NCBI GenBank assembly: GCA_017500935.1 | Contig: JAFVXW010000074.1 | Span: 72,131-136,130 of the forward strand | Direction: 5' to 3' | DNA length: 64,000 nt | Origin: Lachnospiraceae bacterium | GTDB taxonomy: Bacteria; Bacillota; Clostridia; Lachnospirales; Lachnospiraceae | Shown here: piece after piece, positions 1 to 9,992 of the stretch | Position numbering within the stretch: position 1 is the stretch's first letter | How the letters are laid out: each line of letters begins with the position of its first letter | Notes under the pieces: model-generated | Database searches by the model: none | Seen by the model: the letters and a program-made list of their open reading frames with translations, nothing else | Told to the model about the DNA's origin: nothing | Position numbers and translations under genes: made by a program

Positions 1-1
1 A

Positions 2-169
2 ACCATTGCATTTATGCCTCTTTGCTACAGTATTTCCGAAGGTATTGCAGTTGGTGTTATTTCCTACACCCTGTTAAACCTGTGCACAGGTAAGGCAAAG
101 GAAAACAAAGTCAGCGTGCTTATGTATGTTCTGACCGTACTGTTTATCTTAAAGTATATCTTCCTGTAA
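2..169 (+). CDS. NCS2/AzgA-family nucleobase permease, C-terminal fragment (gene starts before window)
   Basis: Manual translation TIAFMPLCYSISEGIAVGVISYTLLNLCTGKAKENKVSVLMYVLTVLFILKYIFL*; MP..YSI..GI..G.ISY is typical of AzgA-type C-termini. Confidence 0.75.
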   Translation, partial: TIAFMPLCYSISEGIAVGVISYTLLNLCTGKAKENKVSVLMYVLTVLFILKYIFL

Positions 170-200
170 GCAAGATTGGACAACTGATGCAGATTTTAAC

Positions 201-236
201 AAAGCTCATTCCGGCAGTAAGCCGGAGTGGGCTTTT
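201..236 (+). terminator. Intrinsic terminator
   Basis: aaagctcattccggc-agtaa-gccggagtgggctttt hairpin after the permease stop. Confidence 0.75.
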
Positions 237-273
237 AGTTCTGAACATACTTTTTTTAATAGAGGAGTAATGG

Positions 274-1989
274 ATGGAATATCTGTTCCTGACGGCTGCG
301 CTGATTTTTTGTCTGATTCTGGTGTTTTTAAAACAGATGTATGACCAGAAAAAGGCAGATGCGCAGACAATTAAAAAATTAAAGGAAAATTTTGGAAAAG
401 AAAATGATGTATGGGATCCTGAACGTGTTAATGCAGTATCCGGATATTTCAGACATCATCAGGATACCTTTTTTATAGATGATATCACATATCACGATCT
501 GGAACTGGATCGTATTTTTGCAAAAATGGACATAACCGGGTCTTCAGCAGGACAGGAATATCTGTACTACATGCTTCGTACGCCATCTTTTAACGGGCAG
601 GTGCTTGCAGAAAGAGAACAAAAGATCCGTTTTTTGATAGAAGAAGAACAGACACGTGTCAGACTGCAGTTTTTATATCGGAAGCTTGGCAGAACCAATA
701 AGTATTCCATTTATGATTATCTGGAATTTCTGGATACGCTGGGGGAAAGGCGAAACGGAAAACATTTTGCAGGATGGCTTCTGATGGCGGCGGCACTGGT
801 GATTCTGGCTATATCTGCCCCCTTGGGACTGACGGCATTATTTGGCGTAATTTCCTGGAACATTGTCGTATATATGAAAGAAAAAAGCAAAATCGAACCG
901 TATCTGGTTTGTTTCCGATATTTGTTCCGGGCGATTGAGGCTGCAGAAAAAATAGGAAAAGTCCAGGAATTGAAAAAAGACCCCTTATTTGCAGACTGGC
1001 TGCAAAAACTGCAGCGTACACTCAGGCAGTTTGACAGCTTAAAAAGAAGCGGGCGTTTCGGTATGCATGTCATGGGCGGAAACGGCAATCCGTTGGAACT
1101 GGCGGCAGATTATTCAAATATGCTGCTGCATCTGGATCTGATCGGATTTAACCGGATGCTGCATCAGGTGAGAATCTATCATCAGGATGTGGATCAGCTT
1201 TTGACAAGCCTTGGAGAAACGGAAGCGCTGATCGCAGCGGCATCCTACCGGAAAGCGTTGCCTGTGTGCTGTGTACCGGAGCTTTCGGAGAATGATACAG
1301 CAGAGGATATTCATTTTTCAGCGCATGATCTGTATCATCCGCTGATCAGGGATGCGGTGAAAAATGACATTCATGCAGAACGCGGTGTGCTGATCACCGG
1401 CTCCAATGCCTCCGGAAAATCAACGTTTTTAAAGGCGGCAGCAATCAATGCCATTTTTGCACAGACAATCCATACCTGTGCAGCTTCTTGTTATGGAAGC
1501 AGTTTTTTCAGGGTTATGTCTTCCATGGCGCTGCGGGATAATCTGACAAGCAGTGAAAGTTATTATATTGTGGAGATCAGATCCTTAAAGCGGATTCTGG
1601 ACAGTATTGAAAAAGACGCTGCGCCGGTGCTTTGTTTTGTGGACGAAGTACTGCGCGGAACCAATACGGTGGAGCGTATTGCGGCATCGACAAAGATACT
1701 GGAAAGTATGTATGGAAAAAATGTGCTTTGTTTTGCGGCAACCCATGACATTGAGCTGACGGAACTTTTGGAAAACTGCTATGATAATTACCATTTTGAG
1801 GAGCAGATTGAAAACGGAGACATTCATTTTCCCTATGAACTGCTGCCGGGAAAAGCAACCTCCCGCAACGCCATCAGACTTTTGGCTGTGATGGGATATG
1901 AAGAAGAGATCATTTCCAGTGCAGATTGGCTTGCGGCATATTTTCTGGCAAACGGACACTGGGAAAAGACAATGGAGAGGAAGGAATAA
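274..1989 (+). CDS. Membrane-associated MutS-related ATPase (MutS domain V)
   Basis: N-terminal TM segments; [42 protein letters not shown] motifs. Confidence 0.85.
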   Translation: MEYLFLTAALIFCLILVFLKQMYDQKKADAQTIKKLKENFGKENDVWDPERVNAVSGYFRHHQDTFFIDDITYHDLELDRIFAKMDITGSSAGQEYLYYMLRTPSFNGQVLAEREQKIRFLIEEEQTRVRLQFLYRKLGRTNKYSIYDYLEFLDTLGERRNGKHFAGWLLMAAALVILAISAPLGLTALFGVISWNIVVYMKEKSKIEPYLVCFRYLFRAIEAAEKIGKVQELKKDPLFADWLQKLQRTLRQFDSLKRSGRFGMHVMGGNGNPLELAADYSNMLLHLDLIGFNRMLHQVRIYHQDVDQLLTSLGETEALIAAASYRKALPVCCVPELSENDTAEDIHFSAHDLYHPLIRDAVKNDIHAERGVLITGSNASGKSTFLKAAAINAIFAQTIHTCAASCYGSSFFRVMSSMALRDNLTSSESYYIVEIRSLKRILDSIEKDAAPVLCFVDEVLRGTNTVERIAASTKILESMYGKNVLCFAATHDIELTELLENCYDNYHFEEQIENGDIHFPYELLPGKATSRNAIRLLAVMGYEEEIISSADWLAAYFLANGHWEKTMERKE

Positions 1990-1994
1990 AACGG

Positions 1995-2468
1995 ATGTTA
2001 AAGGTAACTTTATATACGGACGGTTCTGCCAGAGGCAATCCCGACGGCCCCGGAGGCTACGGCGCGGTGCTGCATTTTGTGGACAGTAAGGGAAATCTGC
2101 ATGAGAGAGAATTGTCAGCCGGATACCGGCGCACAACCAATAACCGGATGGAGCTGATGGCAGTGATCGCCGGGCTGGAAGCGTTGACCAAGCCCTGCGA
2201 GGTGGAGATCATTTCCGATTCCAAGTATGTGACAGATGCGTTTAATCAGAAATGGATCGACGGATGGCTGAAGAAAAACTGGCGGGGAGCATCAGGCCCT
2301 GTGAAAAATGTGGATCTGTGGAAGCGTCTTTTGGCGGCCGCACAGCCGCATCAGATCCGCTTTACCTGGGTAAAAGGCCATGCGGGACATCCGGAGAATG
2401 AGCGCTGTGACAAGCTTGCAACATCTGCGGCAGACGGCAGCAATCTGTTGACTGATCCCGGTGTTTGA
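1995..2468 (+). CDS. rnhA: Ribonuclease HI
   Basis: [39 protein letters not shown]; start moved to ATG 1995. Confidence 0.95.
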   Translation: MLKVTLYTDGSARGNPDGPGGYGAVLHFVDSKGNLHERELSAGYRRTTNNRMELMAVIAGLEALTKPCEVEIISDSKYVTDAFNQKWIDGWLKKNWRGASGPVKNVDLWKRLLAAAQPHQIRFTWVKGHAGHPENERCDKLATSAADGSNLLTDPGV

Positions 2469-2555
2469 GATTGACGTGTTGGCATGTATCATGTATTATA
2501 ATTATGATCTGACTTAAATGGGATCAGGAAAGTATATCAGAAAGAGGCTGAAATA

Positions 2556-2741
2556 ATGGCAAATTTAGTTGCATTTTTAAATTCATTTTTATCATACTTG
2601 CTTTTATTTGGCGTATGCGTTGCAGTTGTTGTGATCGCATGTGTGATTGGAATCAGACTCCGCAAAAATAAGGATGCCAAAGAAGCACTTATGCAGGCAG
2701 GACAGGAAGACAAAGACGATCAGGCGGATGCAGCAGTCTGA
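2556..2741 (+). CDS. Small single-pass membrane protein
   Basis: Hydrophobic helix then basic tail; upstream RBS and TTGACG-N17-TATTAT promoter. Confidence 0.7.
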   Translation: MANLVAFLNSFLSYLLLFGVCVAVVVIACVIGIRLRKNKDAKEALMQAGQEDKDDQADAAV

Positions 2742-2863
2742 ATGAGCGGTGAAGAATCTGGGCGGGGAGTAAGCGAAATCCCCGCTCATTTTATTAGATG
2801 AAAGTTTTTGGGGCGGCAGATGTATGGTCGTTCAGAAAATATATTGTAAGAAAGGAGCCGTTG

Positions 2864-4750
2864 ATGGAATTGGATAAGGATTTTCAAAAAGAGCAGAACG
2901 AACTGTCACGGATGATGGACGATGCCTATAAAAAAAGCCAGTCTGTGATGTACATCGGAGACAGGGAAAATTCCAATACGGACTCTGCACTGGTTTCCAC
3001 AAGAAGAAGTCTGGTGTATCAGCAGCTGAATAAAAATCTGTATCAGAAATACTTCCTGACAGAAGAAGAACGGATCGCCCATGACGAAGGCTATATTTAT
3101 ATCCACGATATGTCCGCACGCAGAGATACCATGAACTGCTGTCTGTTTGATGTGGCAGAGGTTTTGCGCGGCGGTTTTGAAATGGGCAATATCTGGTACA
3201 ATGAGCCCAAAACCCTGGATGTGGCATTTGACGTGATCGGAGACATCATTTTGAGTGCGGCAGGACAGCAGTACGGCGGTTTTACGGTGCCGAATGTGGA
3301 GCTTTTGCTGGAGCCGTATGCGGAAAAGTCCTTTGCGCGTCACCGGGACAAATATATGTCTCTGGGCATTTCGCAGCAGCAGGCAGTTGAGGCAGCCCAA
3401 AAGGATCTGGAAAAAGAGATGGAACAGGGCTTTCAGGGATGGGAATATAAGTTTAACACGGTGGCATCCAGTCACGGAGAGTATCCTTTTATTACCTTAA
3501 CGGCAGGAACCGGGACCGGCAGATTTGCCAGACTGGCATCAAAGACGATGTTTTATGTGCGCGGCAGCGGTCAGGGAAGAAAGGGACATAAAAAACCGGT
3601 GCCGTTCCCGAAGCTGGTCTTTTTATATGATGAAAAGCTGCACGGCGCAGGAGGAGAGCTGGAAGATGTATTTGAGGCTGCCGTTTCATGCAGTGCAAAA
3701 GCAATGTATCCGGACTGGCTTTCTTTGACGGGAGAAGGCTATGTGCCGGAAATGTATCAAAAATACGGGAAGATAGTATCTCCCATGGGATGCAGGGCTT
3801 TTTTATCTCCCTGGTATGAGCGCGGCGGCATGTACCCGGCAGATGATCAGGATACGCCTGTATTTATGGGACGTTTTAATATCGGCGTGGTTTCTTTGCA
3901 CCTGCCGATGATTCTGGCAAAGGCAAGAGAAGAAAAACGCGATTTTTATGAGGTGCTGGATGGCTATCTGGAGATGATCCGGCAGATTCATCTGCGTACT
4001 TATGAATATCTGGGAGAAATGCGTGCCTCCAACAATCCTCTGGCCTACTGCGAAGGCGGTTTTTACGGAGGACATTTAAAGCGGCATGAAAAGATCGCGC
4101 CGCTTTTAAAGGCGGCTACGGCATCCTTTGGCATTACGGCGCTGGAAGAACTGCAGCATCTTTATAATGGCTGTTCCCTGCGGCAGGACGGAAAATTTGC
4201 GTTGGAAGTGATGGAATATATCAATAAGAAGGTTGCAGTATTTAAGGAAGAGGATGGAAAGCTTTATGCCATTTACGGCACGCCGGCTGAGAATCTGTGC
4301 GGTCTGCAGATCAAACAGTTCCGTCAAAAATACGGTGTGATACAGGGTGTTTCCGACAGGGAGTATGTGAGCAATTCTTTCCATTGTCATGTGACGGAAA
4401 AGATTTCACCGGTTGAAAAGCAGGATGCAGAAAAACGGTTCTGGGATCTGTTCAACGGCGGCAAGATTCAGTATGTAAGATATCCCATCAGTTATAATCT
4501 GGAAGCAATACGGACACTGGTGCGCAGAGCCATGAAAATGGGTTATTATGAAGGCGTTAATCTGTCGCTGGCTTACTGTGAGGACTGCGGATATGAACAG
4601 CTGCAGATGGATGTCTGTCCTGCCTGCGGCAGCTACAACCTGACCAAGATCGACCGCATGAACGGTTATCTTTCCTATTCCCGTGTCCATGGAGAAACCC
4701 GCTTAAATGATGCCAAGATGGCAGAAATCGCAGAAAGGAAGTCGATGTGA
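2864..4750 (+). CDS. nrdD: Class III (anaerobic) ribonucleoside-triphosphate reductase, no ATP cone
   Basis: HDMS..NCC, MGCRAFL, YGTPAENLC, CEDCG..CPACG and RMNGYL glycyl-radical motif; aaaggag RBS before ATG 2864. Confidence 0.93.
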   Translation: MELDKDFQKEQNELSRMMDDAYKKSQSVMYIGDRENSNTDSALVSTRRSLVYQQLNKNLYQKYFLTEEERIAHDEGYIYIHDMSARRDTMNCCLFDVAEVLRGGFEMGNIWYNEPKTLDVAFDVIGDIILSAAGQQYGGFTVPNVELLLEPYAEKSFARHRDKYMSLGISQQQAVEAAQKDLEKEMEQGFQGWEYKFNTVASSHGEYPFITLTAGTGTGRFARLASKTMFYVRGSGQGRKGHKKPVPFPKLVFLYDEKLHGAGGELEDVFEAAVSCSAKAMYPDWLSLTGEGYVPEMYQKYGKIVSPMGCRAFLSPWYERGGMYPADDQDTPVFMGRFNIGVVSLHLPMILAKAREEKRDFYEVLDGYLEMIRQIHLRTYEYLGEMRASNNPLAYCEGGFYGGHLKRHEKIAPLLKAATASFGITALEELQHLYNGCSLRQDGKFALEVMEYINKKVAVFKEEDGKLYAIYGTPAENLCGLQIKQFRQKYGVIQGVSDREYVSNSFHCHVTEKISPVEKQDAEKRFWDLFNGGKIQYVRYPISYNLEAIRTLVRRAMKMGYYEGVNLSLAYCEDCGYEQLQMDVCPACGSYNLTKIDRMNGYLSYSRVHGETRLNDAKMAEIAERKSM

Positions 4751-5250
4751 TGCGTTATCATGATATTACTGCAGATGATATGTTAAACGGCGACGGACTG
4801 CGCGTGGTTTTATGGATTTCGGGCTGTTCCCATCACTGCAGGGGATGTCAGAATCCCGTCACCTGGAATCCGCAGGACGGGCTTTTGTTTGACGAGGCGG
4901 CAAAACACGAACTGTTTTCACATCTGCAAAAGGAACATATTTCGGGCTTAACCCTGTCCGGCGGAGATCCTTTGTATGAAGGAAACAGAGCAGATGTTTT
5001 ACAGCTGACCAAAATGGTCAGAGGACAGTTCCCGGATAAGACCATATGGCTGTATACAGGCTATCTCTGGGAGGAGATTCAGGAGCTGGAACTGATGCAC
5101 TTTATCGATGTATGTGTTGACGGCAGATTTGAAGAAGAGCTGAAAGATACGCGTCTGTGGTGGAAGGGAAGCTTAAACCAGCGCGTGATCGATGTGCAAA
5201 AAAGTATAAAAAGCGGCAGTGCAGTGTTATACTGCAGCGATTTTGGATAA
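4747..5250 (+). CDS. nrdG: Anaerobic RNR activating enzyme (radical SAM)
   Basis: NGDGLRVVLWISGCSHHCRGCQNP, SGGDP, GSLNQRVID; overlaps nrdD stop. Confidence 0.95.
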   Translation: MMRYHDITADDMLNGDGLRVVLWISGCSHHCRGCQNPVTWNPQDGLLFDEAAKHELFSHLQKEHISGLTLSGGDPLYEGNRADVLQLTKMVRGQFPDKTIWLYTGYLWEEIQELELMHFIDVCVDGRFEEELKDTRLWWKGSLNQRVIDVQKSIKSGSAVLYCSDFG

Positions 5251-5268
5251 AACGGAGGATGTTTAGAT

Positions 5269-5784
5269 ATGATGAAGATCGCAAAATTTGAAAAAGTAAG
5301 TCAGGAACAGTTTGTGAAGGATTTCTGCGATACCTTTGCAGATAAAAGTGCAGAAGAAGCTGCAGCAGTATATGAAGCGTTAAAGCTGCCTGCAAGGGCA
5401 ACAAAAGGCAGTGCCGGATATGATTATTTCTCACCTGTGGATTTTACACTGGCTCCCGGAGAGACCATCAAGATTCCCACCGGTATCCGTTCCAGAATGG
5501 AAGACGGCTGGGTGCTCTGTAATTTCCCCAGAAGCGGTCAGGGCTTTAAATTCCGCCTGCAGTTAAACAATACCGTTGGCATCATCGACAGCGATTATTA
5601 TGATTCTGATAACGAAGGGCATATCATGGCAAAGCTGACCAATGACTCCAATGAGGGAAAAGTGCTTTCCGTAAAAGCCGGTGACGGATTTATGCAGGGT
5701 ATTTTCTTCCCCTTTGGCATTACGGAAGATGACGAAGCCGACGGAATCAGAAACGGCGGATTTGGAAGTACCACGGGGAAATAA
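5269..5784 (+). CDS. dut: dUTP diphosphatase (trimeric)
   Basis: SAGYD, PRSG, GIIDSDYY, RNGGFGST motifs. Confidence 0.92.
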   Translation: MMKIAKFEKVSQEQFVKDFCDTFADKSAEEAAAVYEALKLPARATKGSAGYDYFSPVDFTLAPGETIKIPTGIRSRMEDGWVLCNFPRSGQGFKFRLQLNNTVGIIDSDYYDSDNEGHIMAKLTNDSNEGKVLSVKAGDGFMQGIFFPFGITEDDEADGIRNGGFGSTTGK

Positions 5785-5867
5785 GAGCTTGTGACGGACA
5801 GAATGGCTTGGCGGGCAGTTATGCAGAAGGCAGATGTCAGTGCGCAGGAAGCTTTCCGGCATGTAAA

Positions 5868-6194
5868 GCAGTCAAAAAACAGGAAATCATGCTTTTGACT
5901 GCTTAAAAAGGAAGCTCATTCAGGCAAAAATGAAAAAATCACAAATCTGAATGCACAAATTCATGCTCGGAACAAGGTGCAGGCAGTCAAAAAAGAGAAA
6001 AAATTGATTTTGCATGCTCAAATTGGATCAAGAAGCATCCGAAAAGCAGTCAAAAAAGAGAAAAACCAGAATATGAATGAAATTCTTTGGGAATCAAGCA
6101 TTCAAATTTCTAAAAATCTATAAAAAGAGCGAATTTTCATCCATAGAGCGTTCAAATAAGCATACAGAATCTTATTTTTTGGATTTTTGTATGC
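5868..6194. repeat. Array of about six degenerate ~35-bp palindromic units (REP-like)
   Basis: Units GCA(G/T)TCA..TG(A/C/T)(C/A)TGC starting at 5868, 5916, 5983, 6046, 6098, 6160. Confidence 0.7.
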
Positions 6195-6225
6195 TTTTTT
6201 GTTTTTGAGTTGGGAATGCAGGCGG

Positions 6226-6254
6226 GAATAAGAAACTCTTTTCCGGACATACTG
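6226..6254 (+). promoter_or_regulatory. Possible forespore SigG/SigF-type promoter
   Basis: GAATA-N17-CATACTG upstream of the spore germination gene. Confidence 0.45.
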
Positions 6255-6316
6255 TTAGAAAGCATGGCAATATCTGTAAACGGTCATGTAAGCAGAAATC
6301 CGGAAAGGAGTTTTTT

Positions 6317-7729
6317 ATGGAAAAAGTAAGCACACTGCTTTCTGAAAATATGGTTTATCTGGGAAAAAGCCTGGGTGTGGGAACAAATTTTGATGTGCTG
6401 TACCGTGTCGTGGAGGTGGGAGGCAGACAGGCCTGCCTGTATATGATAGATGGTTTCTGCAAAGATGAGGTCATGCAGAAACTGATGCAGCATTTTATGT
6501 CTGTTACACCGGACAAGATGCCGGCAGATGCTTATCAGATGAGTAAGCAGCTGCTTTGTTACGGAGAAGTGGATCTGAAGGAAAAGTGGGCAGAGATTGA
6601 ATATGCGGTCATGTCGGGCGTGGTTGCCATGTTTGTGGATGGATTTGACCGTTGTATTCTGATTGATGCCAGAACATATCCGGCAAGAAGTGTGTCTGAA
6701 CCGGAGAAGGATAAGGTATTAAGAGGTTCCAAGGACGGATTTGTGGAAACCATTGTGTTTAACACAGCACTGATCAGGCGCAGGATCAGAAGTTCACAGC
6801 TTCGTATGGTGATGATGAAAGCCGGAACCACCTCTCAGACAGATATTGTGCTTTGCTATATGGAAGACCGGGTGGATCAGGAATTTCTGCGCAGGATCAA
6901 AGAACGGATTCTGTCCCTTAAGGTGGATGCCCTTTCATTAAACCAGGAGAGTCTGGCGGAATGTCTGTATCAGCGGCGCTGGTATAATCCGTTTCCCAAG
7001 TTTAAGTATACAGAACGGCCGGACACGGCGGCAGCACAGGTGCTGGAAGGAAATATCATTATACTGGTTGACAATTCACCCTCAGCCATGATCACACCGA
7101 CTACTTTTTTTGATGTGATCGAGGAGGCAGACGATTATTATTTTCCGCCCATTACAGGAACATATCTGCGTCTTTCCCGCATGATCATTGCCATCCTGAC
7201 ATATCTGGTAACGCCGACCTTGTTGCTTTTGATGAAATATCCGGAATGGATTCCGCCGCAGTTTTCGTTTATTCAGCTGCAGGATGACATCAATGTACCG
7301 TTGATCTGGCAGTTTCTGATTCTGGAGCTTGCCATTGACGGATTAAAGCTGGCAGCAGTCAATACACCGAATATGTTAAGTACACCGCTGTCTGTTATGG
7401 CTGCCCTGGTTTTGGGGGAGTTTTCTGTCAAAAGCGGCTGGTTTAATTCGGAAGTCATGCTGTATATGGCTTTTGTGGCCGTGGCCAATTATACACAGAA
7501 CAGCCTGGAAATGGGATATGCTTTGAAATTTATGCGGGTGGTCAATCTGATTCTGACAGCGATCTTTGGTCTTGGCGGATATCTGGCGGGAATTGCGATC
7601 CTGATTTTCAGCATTGCGACAAACCGTACAGTGAGCAAGCAAAGCTATCTGTACCCGCTGTTTCCGTTTAACGGGAAGCAGCTGTGGCATCAGCTGGTGA
7701 GAACGCGGATGCCGGGGGCGAGGAAGTGA
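6317..7729 (+). CDS. spoVAF: Spore germination protein, GerA-A/SpoVAF family
   Basis: RGSKDGFVE, NTALIRRRIR, NPFP..YTERPD, LVDNSP; hydrophobic C-terminal half. Confidence 0.8.
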   Translation: MEKVSTLLSENMVYLGKSLGVGTNFDVLYRVVEVGGRQACLYMIDGFCKDEVMQKLMQHFMSVTPDKMPADAYQMSKQLLCYGEVDLKEKWAEIEYAVMSGVVAMFVDGFDRCILIDARTYPARSVSEPEKDKVLRGSKDGFVETIVFNTALIRRRIRSSQLRMVMMKAGTTSQTDIVLCYMEDRVDQEFLRRIKERILSLKVDALSLNQESLAECLYQRRWYNPFPKFKYTERPDTAAAQVLEGNIIILVDNSPSAMITPTTFFDVIEEADDYYFPPITGTYLRLSRMIIAILTYLVTPTLLLLMKYPEWIPPQFSFIQLQDDINVPLIWQFLILELAIDGLKLAAVNTPNMLSTPLSVMAALVLGEFSVKSGWFNSEVMLYMAFVAVANYTQNSLEMGYALKFMRVVNLILTAIFGLGGYLAGIAILIFSIATNRTVSKQSYLYPLFPFNGKQLWHQLVRTRMPGARK

Positions 7730-7809
7730 AGGAAAAGTGTAAAAATATTCTTGCGTAATCATAACTTTTATGATAGCATCATAACAATAATTTGAAAGGA
7801 TAATTTTCT

Positions 7810-7869
7810 ATGAGCATATTTTTCTCCAATAGCTTAAGACGCAGAGAAGAAAGACGTAAGCTCTTGTAA
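7810..7869 (+). CDS. Arg-rich leader peptide MSIFFSNSLRRREERRKLL upstream of argS
   Basis: gaaagga RBS at 7794-7800; 5 Arg codons in a 7-codon stretch; lies in the 5' arm of a long hairpin. Confidence 0.65.
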   Translation: MSIFFSNSLRRREERRKLL

Positions 7870-8095
7870 CCATTGCTTTCCGCATGGCTGCAAGAGTGTA
7901 CGTCTTGTTTCTGTGCGGTTTTGGCTTATAGAAATCATAGATGCAGAACCGTAATAGATTTGGCTGGGTGCCGATTTTATTATGGTTCTTTTTTTATACG
8001 ATAAGAAATTTCATTTCCTATCGTATAAAAAAACACGTATATGCGCACTCGCGCGTGCTGAATTTTGTCGCTGACGCGACCGCGCTCGACGCGGA

Positions 8096-8120
8096 GTGTG
8101 CGAAAACGCACACATTTTTT
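8096..8120 (+). terminator. Attenuator-type terminator in the argS leader
   Basis: gtgtgcg-aaaa-cgcacac followed by a T-run, just before the argS RBS. Confidence 0.65.
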
Positions 8121-8156
8121 ATCCCAAATTATAAAATCAGGAAAAGGAGAAAGAAA

Positions 8157-9854
8157 ATGAAAAAGAAAATTTGTCACCGTTTATCAGAAATTGTATCTGG
8201 AATCTCAGCAGAGGAATTTGAAATGTTTATGGAAATTCCACCGGAAGAAAAAATGGGAGATTATGCGCTGCCATGTTTTGCTTTGGCAAAAAAGATGCGT
8301 AAGAATCCGGCTTTAATAGCAGAAGATATTGCAGAAAAACTGGATAGTCAAAAAGAACTGCTAGGGATTGCCAAAGCTGAAAATGTGGGGCCTTACTGTA
8401 ATATTTTTCTGAATAGGGCCTCGTATGTGGAAAAAAGTTTAAATACAGTTTTGGATGAAAATCTGGGAGTATGCCGGATTGGAAATGAGAAAACAGTGTG
8501 CATGGATTACTCTTCCCCGAATATTGCGAAAAATTTTCATGTAGGGCATTTGCGGACCACAATTATTGGAAATTCCCTTTATAAGATTTATGAAAAACTG
8601 GGATACAAAGTAATACGGATCAATCATCTGGGCGACTGGGGAACTCAGTTTGGAAAGCTGATCGTTGCCTATAAATTATGGAGTTCTTCCGAACGTGTAA
8701 AGAAAGATGGAATTGCGGAACTGCTGCGGATTTATGTGAAATTCAATCAGGAGGCAGAGCAGGATCCTGATTTGATCGATGAGGCAAGGGAATGGTTTGT
8801 CAGGATGGAGCAGAATGATGAGGAAGCTGTTTCTATATGGAAGTGGTTTAAGGAAATCAGTATGATCGAATATGAACGGGTATATCAGCTATTGGGAATG
8901 TCCTTTGATTCTTATCTGGGAGAAAGCTTTTATCGGGATCAGGTTCCGGCACTTGTAAAGGAACTGGAAAACAAAGGATTGTTAACAAAGAGTCAGGGAG
9001 CAAAAGTAATCGATCTTTCCGACTATAACATGCCGCCTTGTCTGATAACCAAAAGTGATGGCGGTTCCATTTATCATTCCCGGGATATCGCAGCTGTTTT
9101 GTACAGGAAGAAAACGTATGATTTTGAAAAATGTCTTTATGTGACGGGATTGGAGCAAGCGCTGCATTTTAAACAGGTATTCAAGGCGATTGAACTTATG
9201 GGATATGACTGGACAGATGGTTTAATTCATGTTCCATATGGTCTGGTGAGTCTTGCAGGGGCAAAGCTTTCTACACGCAGCGGCAATATTATTTATGCGG
9301 AAGATATTTTAAAAGAAGCAATTGAACGGGCAAATAAGGCTATTATGGAAAAAAATCCGGAATTAAAAGATAAGGAGAACATTGCAAAAATGGTTGGTGT
9401 CGGAGCCATCATTTTTCATGATCTGTTCAATCAGCGGATTAAAAATGTCGAGTTTTCATGGAAGGATGTACTTGGTTTTGAAGGGACAACAGGACCTTAT
9501 GTGCAATATACATATGCCCGGGCCAAAAGTATTCTGCGCAAAGCCGGTACGAATGACGGGGAAGCTGTTATTGACTGCCGCATACTGACAGATGATGTGA
9601 CGTATGCATTGGTAAAGATTTTAAGCGGTTATGAGAATGCTGTGATAAATGCTGCTGAAAAACAGGAGCCTTCTGTTGTGGCGCGGTATATCATATCGCT
9701 GGCGACTGCATTCAATAAGTTTTACCATGAGTGTCCGATTCTGCAGGCAAATGAGGAAGAGAAGCGGGCAAGGCTGTATCTTGTGAATCTGGCACAGTTG
9801 GTGTTAAAGGATGCATGCAGTCTGTTGGGAATGGAATGTCCGGAGGAAATGTAA
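8157..9854 (+). CDS. argS: Arginine--tRNA ligase
   Basis: GDYA, DYSSPNIAKNFHVGHLRTT, NHLGDWGTQFG, LSTRSG, YVQYTYAR, C-terminal LLGM..PEEM; aaggag RBS before ATG 8157. Confidence 0.95.
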   Translation: MKKKICHRLSEIVSGISAEEFEMFMEIPPEEKMGDYALPCFALAKKMRKNPALIAEDIAEKLDSQKELLGIAKAENVGPYCNIFLNRASYVEKSLNTVLDENLGVCRIGNEKTVCMDYSSPNIAKNFHVGHLRTTIIGNSLYKIYEKLGYKVIRINHLGDWGTQFGKLIVAYKLWSSSERVKKDGIAELLRIYVKFNQEAEQDPDLIDEAREWFVRMEQNDEEAVSIWKWFKEISMIEYERVYQLLGMSFDSYLGESFYRDQVPALVKELENKGLLTKSQGAKVIDLSDYNMPPCLITKSDGGSIYHSRDIAAVLYRKKTYDFEKCLYVTGLEQALHFKQVFKAIELMGYDWTDGLIHVPYGLVSLAGAKLSTRSGNIIYAEDILKEAIERANKAIMEKNPELKDKENIAKMVGVGAIIFHDLFNQRIKNVEFSWKDVLGFEGTTGPYVQYTYARAKSILRKAGTNDGEAVIDCRILTDDVTYALVKILSGYENAVINAAEKQEPSVVARYIISLATAFNKFYHECPILQANEEEKRARLYLVNLAQLVLKDACSLLGMECPEEM

Positions 9855-9992
9855 GAGATATTTCTCTTGATTTTATATTATGAATGGATAGCTGTCCGCA
9901 AGAGGATATGATAGAATATATAATAACTATGCAATAAGAAATGGGACCGGAGGAAAAACAATATGTATCAGCCAAGGAGAAAAGGAGGCATT

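Noticed and set aside
2833-2850. NrdR box upstream of nrdD (agaaaatatattgtaa)
   Set aside because: Single partial match lacking the conserved C; not enough support
5868-6194. CRISPR array
   Set aside because: Units are too degenerate, spacing is irregular (48-67 bp), and there are no cas genes in the window
7870-8150. T-box riboswitch for argS
   Set aside because: No recognisable GGTGGNACCGCG core or AGAGA/GNTG stem I signature in the proper arrangement
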